DNA of 64,000 nt from an uncultured Bacteroidales bacterium (GTDB lineage Bacteria > Bacteroidota > Bacteroidia > Bacteroidales > UBA11471), in the NCBI GenBank assembly GCA_947593515.1, contig CANQDQ010000005.1, positions 508 through 64,507 of the forward strand, given 5' to 3'. Position numbers and translations under genes: made by a program. Below are positions 36,342 to 47,956 of this stretch, piece after piece; position 1 is the stretch's first letter; each line of letters opens with the position of its first letter. The notes under the pieces are model-generated. The model made no database searches and was not told the origin of the DNA. It saw only the letters and a list, made by a program, of their open reading frames with translations.

Positions 36342-36372
36342 AAAAAAGGTTAGAAATTTTCTAACCTTTTTT
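36342..36372 (-). terminator. Intrinsic terminator after trxB
   Basis: aaaaaaggttagaaa-t-tttctaacctttttt. Confidence 0.8.
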
Positions 36373-36392
36373 GCGGTTTTTGTTGGAATAAA

Positions 36393-37337
36393 TTACAAGC
36401 CTTTTTCCAGCAGGTATTTTTCGGCGTCGATAGCCGCACGGCAGCCGCTTGCCGCAGCCGTTACGGCTTGGCGGTACAGCGGGTCGGCAACGTCGCCGGC
36501 AGCGAACACGCCGGCAATGTTGGTGGCGGTGGTACGTCCGTCGGTTACGATGTAACCCGCTTCGTCGGTGGCGATGTCGGGGAACGCCTTTGTGTTGGGC
36601 GTGTGCCCGATAGCGAGGAAGAATCCGTCGATGGCGATGTCGATATATTCTTCGCGGTCTGTGCCCTTGTATTTTACGAGATGCGCTCCCTCTACGCCGT
36701 TTTCGCCGAACAGTCCGACGGTTTGGGTCTCGAACAGCACTTCGATGTTTTCGCTCTGCATCACGCGTTCCTGCATGATTTTGGAGGCGCGCAGGTAGTC
36801 TTTCCGCACGATCATATATACTTTCGATGCCAGATGCGACAGGTATATGGCTTCTTCGCAAGCCGTATCGCCGCCGCCGACTACTGCCACGCGTTTTTTG
36901 CGATAGAAAAATCCGTCGCAGGTGGCACAGGCGGAGACGCCTTGACCGGCATATTTCGTTTCATCGGGCAGTCCGAGATATTTGGCGGAAGCGCCGGTGG
37001 CGATAATCAGTGCATCGGCTTCGACCGTTTTTTCGCCGTCGATGGTAAGGCGGTAGGGGGTATGGGAAAAATCGCTTTGCGTAACGATGCCGTTGCGTAT
37101 GTCGGTGCCGAAACGCTGCGCCTGTTGGCGCAGCTGTTCCATCATTTCCGTTCCCGATACGCCTTCGGGATAGCCCGGAAAGTTTTCTATATCGGTGGTC
37201 GTGGTCAGTTGTCCGCCCGGTTGTATGCCTTCGTACAATACGGGCGAGAGATTGGCGCGTGCGGCATAAATGGCGGCGGTAAATCCGGCAGGTCCGGAAC
37301 CTACGATAAGACAACGGATTCTTTCGATTGTTTCCAT
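36393..37337 (-). CDS. trxB: Thioredoxin-disulfide reductase
   Basis: GSGPAG, CATCDG, GGGDTA, FAAGD. Confidence 0.97.
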   Translation of the reverse strand: METIERIRCLIVGSGPAGFTAAIYAARANLSPVLYEGIQPGGQLTTTTDIENFPGYPEGVSGTEMMEQLRQQAQRFGTDIRNGIVTQSDFSHTPYRLTIDGEKTVEADALIIATGASAKYLGLPDETKYAGQGVSACATCDGFFYRKKRVAVVGGGDTACEEAIYLSHLASKVYMIVRKDYLRASKIMQERVMQSENIEVLFETQTVGLFGENGVEGAHLVKYKGTDREEYIDIAIDGFFLAIGHTPNTKAFPDIATDEAGYIVTDGRTTATNIAGVFAAGDVADPLYRQAVTAAASGCRAAIDAEKYLLEKGL

Positions 37338-37362
37338 AGTTTTGATGTTTAGAGTGTTTATG

Positions 37363-37971
37363 TCAGCGTAAATCTATGATTTCGGCATTCGGATATTTGT
37401 TTTTGTCGAAAACAAAATGGTCGGACGAAAAGTTTTTGCCCATTTCATACGATTGCAGCGTTATTTCTATTGAGGCGCCTCCCTCTTGTGTAACGGATAG
37501 TCGGGTTATTTCATTCTTCTTTGCGTCCCATGTTACCGTTGCGGATTGTATGTCCGACGGCTCTTTCGGTCGAAGTACGGCGGTGTACATATCTCCGTTT
37601 TTTTCGGTGGATTGGCAGATGAAATCCTTTTTGTACGATTGCAGCAGCCGGAGCGGATTGGTCTGTTCCAATTCTTCGGCTTCGGGGGTGCTGATATTCA
37701 CTTCCTGTGCCGATTCGATGTAAGTCCATTGCGTCGTGCCGTCGAACCATACCGTCATGTCAGGGAGGTGCAAGACGAATTTTTCGCGCTGCATATCGAG
37801 CGTTCCTGCGGTTTCGTCGCCCTCTTGACACAGCGTGAAGTTTATCGAAATGCTTTCGGCTTCGCTTATTTTCGCAATGGCTTTGTCGAGCGAAGCAATA
37901 GCATTCTCTTCTGTCCTACCGGGAAGGGCAAGCAGGAGAAGGGGCAATATGAAAAGCATCTTTTTGAACAT
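37363..37971 (-). CDS. LolA-like outer membrane lipoprotein carrier
   Basis: Signal peptide from ATG 37971; WFDGTTQWTY...EVNIS, NP; located next to ftsK. Confidence 0.85.
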   Translation of the reverse strand: MFKKMLFILPLLLLALPGRTEENAIASLDKAIAKISEAESISINFTLCQEGDETAGTLDMQREKFVLHLPDMTVWFDGTTQWTYIESAQEVNISTPEAEELEQTNPLRLLQSYKKDFICQSTEKNGDMYTAVLRPKEPSDIQSATVTWDAKKNEITRLSVTQEGGASIEITLQSYEMGKNFSSDHFVFDKNKYPNAEIIDLR

Positions 37972-37973
37972 GA

Positions 37974-40457
37974 CTATCGCAGCGATTCCAATATCTGATC
38001 GAGGTGCATATCGTCCATGACGAGGACTTGGCGGGCTTTGCTGCCTTCGAACGGACCGACGATGCCGGCAGCCTCCAACTGGTCCATCAGCCGTCCGGCA
38101 CGGTTGTAGCCGATAGCGAATTTCCGCTGAATGAGGGAGGTCGAGCCTTGCTGGTTGGCGACAATCAATCGGGCGGCGTCCTCGAAGAAGGGGTCGCGGT
38201 CTTTCAAGTCGTCGGCGTTTCCGGTGGCACCGCTGTTTTCCGTCACATATTCGGGCAGCAAGTACGCGGTAGGATAGCCTTGTTGCGCTCCGATGTACTG
38301 GCAGATGCCTTCGACTTCGGGCGTGTCGATGAAAGCGCACTGTACGCGGGTGATGCCGCCGTTGCACGAAATCAACATATCGCCTTTGCCTATCAGCTGG
38401 TTGGCGCCCGGCGTGTCGAGAATGGTGCGCGAGTCGATCATTGACGCCACTTTGAACGCAATGCGTGCAGGGAAGTTGGCTTTGATGCTGCCCGTGATGA
38501 TGTTGGTCGAGGGGCGTTGGGTAGCAATAATCATATGTAACCCTGCCGCACGACCCAGTTGGGCAATGCGCGCGATAGGCATCTCGACTTCCCGTCCTGC
38601 CGTCATGATGAGGTCGCCGAACTCGTCGATGACCACTACTAAATAGGGCATATAGCGATGTCCCTTTTCGGGGTTGAGCTGGCGGGCTATGAATTTGTCG
38701 TTATACTCTTTGATGTTGTGTACACGGGCGAGTTGCAGCAGTTTGAAACGACTGTCCATCTCCACGCACACCGAATTGAGCGTTTGCACCACCTTGTCGG
38801 TTTCGGTGATAATGGCATCTTCGCTGTCGGGCAGCTTTGCCAAGAAGTGGCGCTCGATAGAGCTGTACAAACTGAATTCCACCTTCTTGGGGTCGACCAT
38901 CACGAATTTCAACTGCGAGGGGTGCTTCTTATACAGCAACGAGGTGATAATGGCATTCAGTCCCACCGATTTTCCTTGACCGGTCGCACCGGCTACCAGT
39001 ATGTGCGGCATCTTGCAGAGATCGACCATGAATATTTCGTTGGTAATGGTTTTGCCCAATGCCAGCGGCAATTCGTAGGTGCATTCCTGAAATTTCTGCG
39101 AAGCGATAATCGGGCGCATCATTACCGTCTGCGGGTTGTGGTTCGGCACCTCGATACCTACTGTACCTTTGCCCGGAATGGGGGCGATGATGCGAATTCC
39201 GAGAGCGGCGAGGCTGAGAGCTATATCGTCTTCGAGATTTTTGATTTTTGAAATTTTTATCCCCGCTTCGGGCACGATTTCGTAAAGCGTTACCGTAGGA
39301 CCGACGGTCGCTTTGATGGAGCTGATGCGTATGCCGTAGTTTTCGAGCGTGGTGATGATGCGCTGTTTATTGGCTTCCTGTTCCGCTATGTCGATATTGG
39401 TGCCGCTTGAATTGTCGGGTTTCAACAGGTCGAACGACGGGGGCATGTAGTACGACAAATCGAGTGTCGGGTCGTATTTGTCGAGCTTTGCCTGTTTCGT
39501 AGCTTCGGCTTCATTCTTGCCTGCGTTTATTTCAAATTTCGGTTCCTCCGGCGTTTCCGTCAGTTTGTCGGGAGCGGGGTTATAAAGTGTAAAATCTTCT
39601 TGCTCGGGCGTATCGAACGGGTATGGCATTTCGGCTGCCGGTGCAGCAGCATCGGGTTCGGAAGAATCGGACGCTGTAGCATCGATAATCGTCATTTCTA
39701 TATCGGACGGAGTTTTTTCGATGGATTCGCCATTTTCCTCCTCTTGCGGGGCATCGTTCATCGTTGCTTCCGACGTAACGACCGGCTCTTTTTTCTTCCG
39801 CTTGATGAAGTCCATGCGGAACAGGTGGCGCAGCGCCGATATGGTGCGGCGGCTTATGGCAATAGCCAGCAGCAATATGCCGGCGATGATAAGCAGCAGC
39901 GTGCCGGGCCAACCGATTGCCGATTCCAGCCACAAGGTTACGTAATAGCCTTGATACCCGCCTAAAAAGAGATAGGAGTCTTCGTAGAGGTGGCGAAAGA
40001 AAAATCCGCAGGCAAGCGATACGATGATGCAGAGCGCGGCTGTATATGCCAATGCTTTGGCAGTGGAAAATGTGATGACTTTCATCAGTTTCAATCCCAC
40101 GCTGCCTAAAAAGAACACGATGAAAAATGCCGATATGCCTATCCAGCGGTTTATGAACAAGTCGGCGCAATACGCGCCCCATAATCCTGTCCAACTATGT
40201 ATGCCGTTCCCGATATAGCGGGGCGATTTTATCGAATGGTGGTCGATGAGGCTTTGGTCGGCTGCACCGGAAAAGAAAAAGGAGATAAACGAAATTGTCA
40301 GGAAGATGGTGAATATCAGCAGCAACAGCCCTCCGATGAAACGGGTGCGCTCGTCTTGCAGTACCCGTCGGGTTTTATGCAGGAAACCTTCGCGCGGAGG
40401 TATTGCGGCATTGTTCTCTTTTTTAGGCTTGGTATTATCGACTTTTTTGGTTGCCAT
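37974..40457 (-). CDS. ftsK: DNA translocase FtsK
   Basis: N-terminal 4TM domain; GATGQGKS, VIDEF, ATQRPS; gamma domain IGYNRAGR. Confidence 0.96.
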   Translation of the reverse strand: MATKKVDNTKPKKENNAAIPPREGFLHKTRRVLQDERTRFIGGLLLLIFTIFLTISFISFFFSGAADQSLIDHHSIKSPRYIGNGIHSWTGLWGAYCADLFINRWIGISAFFIVFFLGSVGLKLMKVITFSTAKALAYTAALCIIVSLACGFFFRHLYEDSYLFLGGYQGYYVTLWLESAIGWPGTLLLIIAGILLLAIAISRRTISALRHLFRMDFIKRKKKEPVVTSEATMNDAPQEEENGESIEKTPSDIEMTIIDATASDSSEPDAAAPAAEMPYPFDTPEQEDFTLYNPAPDKLTETPEEPKFEINAGKNEAEATKQAKLDKYDPTLDLSYYMPPSFDLLKPDNSSGTNIDIAEQEANKQRIITTLENYGIRISSIKATVGPTVTLYEIVPEAGIKISKIKNLEDDIALSLAALGIRIIAPIPGKGTVGIEVPNHNPQTVMMRPIIASQKFQECTYELPLALGKTITNEIFMVDLCKMPHILVAGATGQGKSVGLNAIITSLLYKKHPSQLKFVMVDPKKVEFSLYSSIERHFLAKLPDSEDAIITETDKVVQTLNSVCVEMDSRFKLLQLARVHNIKEYNDKFIARQLNPEKGHRYMPYLVVVIDEFGDLIMTAGREVEMPIARIAQLGRAAGLHMIIATQRPSTNIITGSIKANFPARIAFKVASMIDSRTILDTPGANQLIGKGDMLISCNGGITRVQCAFIDTPEVEGICQYIGAQQGYPTAYLLPEYVTENSGATGNADDLKDRDPFFEDAARLIVANQQGSTSLIQRKFAIGYNRAGRLMDQLEAAGIVGPFEGSKARQVLVMDDMHLDQILESLR

Positions 40458-40530
40458 ATTCTCGTTTTTACGGATTACAAAAGTAATGACTTTTTGATAA
40501 AAAGAGCGATTTTATCGAGAAAACTTACGG

Positions 40531-41997
40531 TTATTTTTTCCAAAAATAAGAAGTAAAGAGTATCAGTACGGTGAAAATTTCAAGACGACCCACCAGCATA
40601 TCGAATGTCAGCAGCCATTTGCCGACGGTGGGTATCGTCTCGAACGAAAAGATCATTCCGCCGAGTGCCGGACCGATGTTGCTGATGCAGGATATGGAGC
40701 AGCCGAATGCCTCTTCGAGGGTCAATCCCATAGCCGACAGCACCAGCGAACTGACAATCGCCAGAAAAGCGTAAATGAACAAGAACGCCAAAATCTTCGA
40801 TACGATTTCGTAGGAGATGACTTGCTGGTTCACACGCACCGGAATGATGGCATTCGGGTGTATCTGCCGGTAAAATTCATTGACGGTATTTTTCATCAGC
40901 ACGACGATGCGTATCACTTTGGCGCCGCCGCTGGTGGAGCCGGCGCACCCGCCGCAGAACATCAGCAGGCAGATGATGACGCAGAAGAAGGCGCCCCATT
41001 CCGCATAGTTTGAGGTAAGAAATCCCGTTGAAGAAATAATTGCCGACACTTGGAACAGAGCCGTGCGCAGCGTCCGTTCGATGCCCCATGTTTCGCCCGT
41101 GCCCGTTACGAACAAACCGGCGGCGATAAATACGGTGGCAATGGCGACGATGAACAGAAACCAGCGCACCTCTTCGTTGCCGAACATTTTTTTGAATTTG
41201 CCCTGCGTTGCCCAATATACCAATGAATAATTGACGCTCGACAGCAACATGAACACGATGATGACGTATTCCATGTAAGCCGAATCCCAATACATAAGTC
41301 CGTTTGCCTTTGTCGAAAAACCGCCAGTGGCAGCGGTCGTCATGGCATGGCATACGGCGTCGAATCCTCCCATCGGTCCGGCGAACAACAGGACGGCTAT
41401 CAGAGCCGTAATGCCGATGTAGGTCGTCCACAACCGCTTGGCTGTCTGGCTGATGCGCGGACGTATCTTATCGTACATGATACCCGACGTTTCGGCGGCG
41501 AACAGTTGCACGCCGCCTCCGCCTTTGTTGAGCAACGGCATGACCGCCAACGTGAAAAGTATGATGCCCAATCCGCCCAGCCACTGCGTCATAGAGCGCC
41601 AGAGAAGTATGCCGTGCGGCAGGCTTTCGATGTCGTGTATCACGCTGGCGCCGGTCGTCGTAACGCCCGACATCGTTTCAAAAAAGGCGTCGGTTACATT
41701 GTCTATGCTTCCTGAAATCAGGTAGGGCAGCATTCCCACTACCGAAAAGAAGAGCCACGACGAGGTAACGATAAGGAATCCGTCGCGTTTGCCGAACGTT
41801 CGGTGTTCGGCATTCGGATATTGGAAATAGGCGATGCAACCTAAAACGATGGAAATGGCTGTCGTTATGGCGAATGCCGGAAAATCGCCGTCGCCATACC
41901 AAAGCGATACGCCCAACGGCAGGAGCAGGAACAGCGTCTCTATGCCGAACAGCACGCCGATGGTTTTGAGTATGAGCCGATAATTTATCTTGAACAT
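40531..41997 (-). CDS. trkH: TrkH potassium uptake membrane protein
   Basis: SGVTTTG, ATGGFS, STG, GGCAGSTSGG, NIGP. Confidence 0.95.
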   Translation of the reverse strand: MFKINYRLILKTIGVLFGIETLFLLLPLGVSLWYGDGDFPAFAITTAISIVLGCIAYFQYPNAEHRTFGKRDGFLIVTSSWLFFSVVGMLPYLISGSIDNVTDAFFETMSGVTTTGASVIHDIESLPHGILLWRSMTQWLGGLGIILFTLAVMPLLNKGGGGVQLFAAETSGIMYDKIRPRISQTAKRLWTTYIGITALIAVLLFAGPMGGFDAVCHAMTTAATGGFSTKANGLMYWDSAYMEYVIIVFMLLSSVNYSLVYWATQGKFKKMFGNEEVRWFLFIVAIATVFIAAGLFVTGTGETWGIERTLRTALFQVSAIISSTGFLTSNYAEWGAFFCVIICLLMFCGGCAGSTSGGAKVIRIVVLMKNTVNEFYRQIHPNAIIPVRVNQQVISYEIVSKILAFLFIYAFLAIVSSLVLSAMGLTLEEAFGCSISCISNIGPALGGMIFSFETIPTVGKWLLTFDMLVGRLEIFTVLILFTSYFWKK

Positions 41998-42000
41998 GAT

Positions 42001-43335
42001 TTATCCGAAAAGTTTCTCCAATTTATACAGTACCGTATTCAGACAGAATACCATGACGTGGTCGTTGGCTTCTATCTGCGTATTGCCGTTTACAATCATC
42101 GCTTTTCCGTCGCGTATGAGACCGCCGAGCGTCAGGTCGCGCGGCAAGTCCAAATCTTTGACCGGCTTTTTCGTAATGGCTGCGCCCTCTTTAACGACAA
42201 GTTCCGCCACTTCGGCATCGGAAAGGGCAAGGCATTTGGCGTTCGACGAATCTTCGTCGAGCAGTATTTGGAAAATGCGGCTGGCGGCAAGCAGTTTCTT
42301 GTTGATGACCGAACCGATGTCCAGTCCTTCTGCCGTAGGAATAAGCGAGAGGTTTTCGACTTCGGCTATCGTCTTGATTACCCCGAAGCGTTTGGCGGTG
42401 AGGCAGGCGAGAATATTGGTTTCTGCGCTGTCGGTCAGCGCGATGAAAGCGTCGGTATCCTGTATGCCCTCTTCCAGAAGCACTTCGGTGTCGCAGGCAT
42501 CGCCGTTGATGATAGGAATGTCGGGTATCTTTTCGGCGAGCTGGTAGCAGCGGTCTTTGTCGATTTCGATGATTTTCATGCGCATCGACTCCGGCAGTAT
42601 GCGGGCGAGCCGTATGGCGATGCGGCTGCCGCCCATCACCAATATCTTGCGGACGTCGATTTCTATTTTTCCGGTCAGCTGCTGTATGTCGTGTATATGT
42701 TCGGGCGTGGTGGTGAAATACACGATGTCGCCTGCCTCTATGATGTCGGAGCCGCGCGGTATGATGGTTTCCGACTTACGCCGTATGGCGGCGATGTGGT
42801 AGAGCAGGTGCGTCTTGTTCAGCTCGAAAAGTTTCTGATTGAGAATGTGGGCGTTTTCGCGTATTTTCGCTCCGATGAGTATCAGTTCGCCGTTGCATAG
42901 CTCGAACCAGTTGCGCGCCCAGTTGTGGCTCAGAGCGGTAATCATTTCTTCGGCAGCCAGCATTTCAGGATAGATAAGGTCGTCGACCCCCATCGCCTTG
43001 AAATGTTCGCGGTTTTCGGGCAGCATATATTCGTAGTTGTCGATGCGCGCCACCGTTTTGCGGCTGCCCAGATGTTTGGCGAGCTGGCAGGCTAAAATGT
43101 TCCGTGTCTCCGACGGCATGACGCCGATGAACAGGTCGGCATTGCCTACATTCGCCTGTTCCAAAATGTGGATAGAGGTGGGCGAGCCGGTAACGGTCAT
43201 CAGGTTGTAATTGGAATCGAGCCATCGCAACGTTTCCACGTCGGTATCGATGAGGACGATATCCAACTCTTCTTTTGAAAGCAGCTTTGCCAAATGGACG
43301 CCTACTTCACCCGCACCTGCGATAACGATTTTCAT
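42001..43335 (-). CDS. trkA: Trk system potassium transporter TrkA
   Basis: Two RCK N/C repeats: IAGAGEVG and MGGSRIA. Confidence 0.95.
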   Translation of the reverse strand: MKIVIAGAGEVGVHLAKLLSKEELDIVLIDTDVETLRWLDSNYNLMTVTGSPTSIHILEQANVGNADLFIGVMPSETRNILACQLAKHLGSRKTVARIDNYEYMLPENREHFKAMGVDDLIYPEMLAAEEMITALSHNWARNWFELCNGELILIGAKIRENAHILNQKLFELNKTHLLYHIAAIRRKSETIIPRGSDIIEAGDIVYFTTTPEHIHDIQQLTGKIEIDVRKILVMGGSRIAIRLARILPESMRMKIIEIDKDRCYQLAEKIPDIPIINGDACDTEVLLEEGIQDTDAFIALTDSAETNILACLTAKRFGVIKTIAEVENLSLIPTAEGLDIGSVINKKLLAASRIFQILLDEDSSNAKCLALSDAEVAELVVKEGAAITKKPVKDLDLPRDLTLGGLIRDGKAMIVNGNTQIEANDHVMVFCLNTVLYKLEKLFG

Positions 43336-43356
43336 ATTGTAAAAATTTTTACCTTT

Positions 43357-45273
43357 CTATTGTTTCGCGCCGCCGCGCACGCATTCCGCTATGGCTGCGA
43401 CGATGCTTTCTTCGTCCATGCCGCACAGGGTGTACAGCTCGGCTACGCTTCCGTGTTCGACGAAACGGTCGGGCAACCCGATGCGCTTTATGTGGGGCGT
43501 ATAGCCGTTTTCCGCCATAAATTCCATGACTGCGCTGCCCAATCCGCCGTTCACTATACCGTCTTCCAGCGTGATGATGTGTTTGTATTTCCGTCCGATT
43601 TCATGCAATATTTCCGTGTCTATCGGTTTCAGAAATATCATGTCGTAGAGGGCTGCCGATATGCCTTGTGCGCGGACTTTCTCCACCGCTTTCTGCGCTA
43701 TCTTGCCGATAGGTCCGATGGCGACGAGGGCGATGTCGGTGCCGTCGGCAAGGCGGCGACCTTTTCCTGTTTCGAGCAACTGCATGGGGCATTGCCATTC
43801 CACCTGCGACCCGCGCCCGCGCGGGTAGCGTATGGTGAAACACCCGTTGGCTTTTTGCGCCGTAAACATCAGGTGGCGCAGGTAGTGTTCGTCGATGGGC
43901 GACGCGATGGTCATGTTGGGAATGCACCGCATATAGGCAAGGTCGAATGCTCCGTGGTGCGTGGCGCCGTCTTCGCCGACCAGACCGGCGCGGTCGAGGC
44001 AGAACACGACGTGCAGGTTTTGTATGGCGACGTCGTGTATCACTTCGTCGAAAGCCCGCTGCATAAACGAAGAATAGATGTTGCAATAGGGGATAAGCCC
44101 CTCTTTGGCAAGCCCTCCCGAAAACGTTACGGCGTGTTCTTCGGCTATTCCCACATCGAACGTGCGACGCGGATATTTTTCCATCATGTACGTCATGGAG
44201 CAGCCGGTGGGCATGGCGGGGGTGATGCCCACGATTCTTTCGTCGGCATCTGCCAGTTCCACCAATGTGTGTCCGAATACGTCTTGGAAACGGGGTGGCA
44301 GATTCGTTTCGTCCGGCAACAGCCGTTCGCCCGTTTCTTTGTTGAACCGACCCGGTGCGTGCCACGTCGTGGCATCTTTCTCGGCAGGGGCGTAGCCTTT
44401 GCCTTTTACGGTCTTGATATGCAGGATTTTCGGCCCCGACATATCCTTGATGTTGTTCAGCACCCGCACGAGATGTTTCACGTCGTGTCCGTCTATCGGT
44501 CCGAAATAGCGAATGTTCATGCCCTCGAAAATGTTTTGATGTCGGGCGATGAGGGCTTTCAGGCTGTTGTTGAAGCGCAGTATGGCGCCTCGCTGTTTTT
44601 CGGAGATGAGGCGCATACGCACCAGCAGACGATAGAGTTTGTACCGTATGTTGTTGTACAGCGGCAGCGTGTTGAATCGGGAGAGGTATTTATGAAAAGC
44701 TCCGACGTTGTCGTCGATAGCCATATCGTTGTCGTTGAGAATGATAAGCAGGTTGTTCGGATTTATGGCGGCATTGTTCAACCCCTCGAAAGCCAATCCG
44801 CCGCCTATCGCTGCGTCACCTATGACGGCTACGACCAGACGGTCGGTTTCGTTTTTCAGATGGGAGGCGACCGCAAGACCCAACGCTGCCGAAATGGAGT
44901 TGGAGGCATGACCGGCGGTGAATGTGTCGTATTCGCTTTCGGCAGGAGAGGGGAATCCGCTCAATCCTCCGAATTTGCGGTTGGTGTCGAATCGCTCCCG
45001 CCGTCCCGTCAGTATCTTATGCCCGTAGGCCTGATGCCCCACGTCCCACACGATGCGGTCGTAAGGCGTGTTCAACACGTAGTGCAGCGCCACCGTAAGC
45101 TCCACCGTACCCAGACTCGAAGCGAAATGTCCGGGATTTTTCGAGAGCGAATCTATGATGAACTCGCGCAATTCGTTGCACACCTGCGGCAGTTGGTCGA
45201 GTTGCAGTTTCCGCAGGTCGTCGGGAATATATATGGTAGATAGTATTTCTCTTTTTTCCGTGTTCATATCCAT
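43357..45273 (-). CDS. dxs: 1-deoxy-D-xylulose-5-phosphate synthase
   Basis: [17 protein letters not shown]...[18 protein letters not shown]; start at ATG 45273 or 45267. Confidence 0.96.
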   Translation of the reverse strand: MDMNTEKREILSTIYIPDDLRKLQLDQLPQVCNELREFIIDSLSKNPGHFASSLGTVELTVALHYVLNTPYDRIVWDVGHQAYGHKILTGRRERFDTNRKFGGLSGFPSPAESEYDTFTAGHASNSISAALGLAVASHLKNETDRLVVAVIGDAAIGGGLAFEGLNNAAINPNNLLIILNDNDMAIDDNVGAFHKYLSRFNTLPLYNNIRYKLYRLLVRMRLISEKQRGAILRFNNSLKALIARHQNIFEGMNIRYFGPIDGHDVKHLVRVLNNIKDMSGPKILHIKTVKGKGYAPAEKDATTWHAPGRFNKETGERLLPDETNLPPRFQDVFGHTLVELADADERIVGITPAMPTGCSMTYMMEKYPRRTFDVGIAEEHAVTFSGGLAKEGLIPYCNIYSSFMQRAFDEVIHDVAIQNLHVVFCLDRAGLVGEDGATHHGAFDLAYMRCIPNMTIASPIDEHYLRHLMFTAQKANGCFTIRYPRGRGSQVEWQCPMQLLETGKGRRLADGTDIALVAIGPIGKIAQKAVEKVRAQGISAALYDMIFLKPIDTEILHEIGRKYKHIITLEDGIVNGGLGSAVMEFMAENGYTPHIKRIGLPDRFVEHGSVAELYTLCGMDEESIVAAIAECVRGGAKQ

Positions 45274-45368
45274 GCAATAGAATTGCAAAGATACGTTTTT
45301 TTTACAAGTAGATGTGTCGTAGGCAAAAATAAATGAATTTTCCTTTTTTTCCCGAAGCGACGGCATAA

Positions 45369-47840
45369 TTATTCGAACTCGACAACGGTGATGCCCGCTC
45401 CGCCGAATTGCACGTGTTCATCGTGAAAATCGCGTATGCCCGCCACGCCTTTCAGGTATTGGCGCACGAGCTGCCGCAGAATGCCCGTGCCCGTGCCGTG
45501 CAGAATGCGCACCTGCTCGGCGCCCGTCTGTATGGCGTCGTCGATGTAGTAGATGACCGCTTGCAGGGCTTCGTCGCCTCTCATGCCGCGAATGTCTATC
45601 TCCCGACGGAAGTGCAGCTGCTTGTCCCGCATACTGTTGGCGGTATTTTCGCTCACGAAGGTGGCTTTTGCCGTCGGGTTTCGTTTTATCCGGTTGGGGC
45701 TTGTTTTTTCGAGCAATTCGGTTTTTACGGTCGTTTTCACCTGCCCGAAGACGACGGTTGCTTTTTTCCCGTTTATCTCCACCACTTCGCCGGCGGTCGA
45801 TTGCCCTTGCAGGCACACGGCGTCGCCTACGGCGATGACGCTTTCTGTCGGTGCGGGTTTCGCCTCTTTCTTGGGACGGTTTTTCTTTTCCTCTTTCGCC
45901 TTTATTTTGGAAATCTTGTGGGCAATGGTATCGTCGTCGCAGCTCTCTGTTGCCAGTCCGCTTTTGAATGCGGCCAACTCCTGTCTTGCTTTTCGGGTTT
46001 TCTCCTTTTCGGCGTCGGCTTCTTTTATCGTGCGAATGGTATTTTCGATGCGGGCGTTTGCTTCGGCGACGAGTTGCTCGGCTTTCTCTTTGGCTTCTTT
46101 GAGAATGCGCTTGCGCTCTTTCTCTATCGCCTGCAAATCTGCCGAATACCGCTCGGTGATTTCGTCGAGCTGCTTTTCCCGCAGGCGGATATTCTGACGT
46201 TTGTTTTCCCAATATCGTTTGTCCCGCACGATGTCTTGCAGGTACTTGTCCATATCGATGTAGTCGGAGCCCACTTTTTCCGACGCATCGGCGATGACCT
46301 CTTCGGGCAGTCCGATTTTGCGGGCTATCTCTATGGCGAACGAGCTGCCCGGATTGCCGATGGAGAGCTTGAACAGCGGCTGCATCAGGTGCCGGTCGTA
46401 GAGCATGGCGCCATTGACGATGCCGGCGGTATCTTCGGCAAAATGTTTCAGATTCTGGTAATGCGTGGTGATGACGCCGAAAGCCTCTTTCCGGTTAAAG
46501 CGGTCGAGCAGCGCTTCGGCTATGGCGCCGCCTATCTGCGGCTCGGTACCGCTGCCGAACTCGTCGATGAGCAGGAGGGTGGCGTTGTCGCAGTTCCGGA
46601 CGAAAAATTTCATGTTCGTCAGGTGCGAGCTGTACGTACTCAGGTCGTTTTCAATCGATTGCTCGTCGCCGATGTCGATAAAGATGCGCTCGAAGACGCC
46701 CGTATGCGAATTTTCGTAAACCGGTATCAACATACCGCACTGCAACATATATTGCAACAGTCCCACCGTTTTCAGACACACCGATTTGCCGCCGGCATTC
46801 GGACCCGAAATGAGCAGTATGCGCTGTTTTTCCGTGAGCGTTATGTCGAGCGGTACGACCTGTTTCTGCTGCTTTTTCAACGCCAGATACAGAAGCGGGT
46901 GCACGGCATGATACCACTCTATCTGCCGACACTCTTCCACGTGCGGTAATAACCCGTTTATCTCCGCTGCCAACAAGGCTTTGGCGCGAATAAAATCGAT
47001 GTCGGCAAGAAATTCATACGATTGCAGCAGGTCGGGCAGGGTGGGGCGCAGTTCGTCGGTGAAGCGGGTGAGAATGCGCACGATTTCGCGCCGTTCCTCC
47101 CCTTCGAGTTCCCGCACGCGGTTGTTGGCTTCCACCACTTCGGCAGGCTCCACATACACCGTTTTTCCGCTCGCCGACTCGTCGTGCACGATGCCTTGAA
47201 TGCGGCGTTTGTAGGCAGGGCTTACCGGTATGACCAACCGACCGTCGCGTAGCGACGGAGCCACGTCTTTATCGACAAAACCATCGTTTTGCGCCTTTTT
47301 CAGAATCAGATTCAGACTGCGCGATATGCCTGCCGTCGTCCGGCTCAATTCGCGGCGTATCTCCGCCAATTCCGGCGACGCATTATCTTTCACACGACCG
47401 AATTTGTCGATGATTCGGTCGATTTTCACCAACAGCTGCGGAAATACCGCCACCTCGCTCGCCAGCGATTGCAGGTGCGGGTAGGGGCGCTCGCTCTCCT
47501 CATCGTCCGGCACGAGAAAATGCACGATGCCATTTATCGTTTCGAGCGACCGCCGCAGGTCGAAAAGCTCGGATTCATCGAGAAAAGTCCCCTCAATGCG
47601 CACGTGCTGCAACGACGGACGCACGTCGAAAAAATTGTCCGACGGAAAATTTTCCTCCGCCGACAGCAGCCGGCAAAACTCCTCCGTTTCCCGCAAGCGC
47701 GCATCGATGTCGGCAAACGAAGTCATAAACTTCATTTGCTCCACCCGCTCTTCGCCCAACGGACAAAGGCAGCGGTCGGCAATCAACCGGCGTATCTTGT
47801 CGAACCCGATTTTCTCTTCAAAATTCTGCGGATAAAACAC
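45369..47840 (-). CDS. mutS2: Endonuclease MutS2
   Basis: [19 protein letters not shown]-terminal KOW and Smr (LHGTG). GTG start at 47840 follows TACCTTTG at 47865-47872. Confidence 0.93.
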   Translation of the reverse strand: MFYPQNFEEKIGFDKIRRLIADRCLCPLGEERVEQMKFMTSFADIDARLRETEEFCRLLSAEENFPSDNFFDVRPSLQHVRIEGTFLDESELFDLRRSLETINGIVHFLVPDDEESERPYPHLQSLASEVAVFPQLLVKIDRIIDKFGRVKDNASPELAEIRRELSRTTAGISRSLNLILKKAQNDGFVDKDVAPSLRDGRLVIPVSPAYKRRIQGIVHDESASGKTVYVEPAEVVEANNRVRELEGEERREIVRILTRFTDELRPTLPDLLQSYEFLADIDFIRAKALLAAEINGLLPHVEECRQIEWYHAVHPLLYLALKKQQKQVVPLDITLTEKQRILLISGPNAGGKSVCLKTVGLLQYMLQCGMLIPVYENSHTGVFERIFIDIGDEQSIENDLSTYSSHLTNMKFFVRNCDNATLLLIDEFGSGTEPQIGGAIAEALLDRFNRKEAFGVITTHYQNLKHFAEDTAGIVNGAMLYDRHLMQPLFKLSIGNPGSSFAIEIARKIGLPEEVIADASEKVGSDYIDMDKYLQDIVRDKRYWENKRQNIRLREKQLDEITERYSADLQAIEKERKRILKEAKEKAEQLVAEANARIENTIRTIKEADAEKEKTRKARQELAAFKSGLATESCDDDTIAHKISKIKAKEEKKNRPKKEAKPAPTESVIAVGDAVCLQGQSTAGEVVEINGKKATVVFGQVKTTVKTELLEKTSPNRIKRNPTAKATFVSENTANSMRDKQLHFRREIDIRGMRGDEALQAVIYYIDDAIQTGAEQVRILHGTGTGILRQLVRQYLKGVAGIRDFHDEHVQFGGAGITVVEFE

Positions 47841-47921
47841 AATCTTGATTACTTGAAACTGTGGCAAAGGTAATAAAAAAAACTCCACGTCGCTACCCAC
47901 ACACCTTGTAAGTATTGTCTG

Positions 47922-47954
47922 TTTGAATGATTTTTATTTAAAAGGATATTTTTG
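47922..47954 (+). promoter_or_regulatory. Orphan promoter TTTG-N21-TATTTTTG
   Basis: Consensus -33/-7 elements; no annotated gene directly downstream. Confidence 0.55.
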
Positions 47955-47956
47955 TA

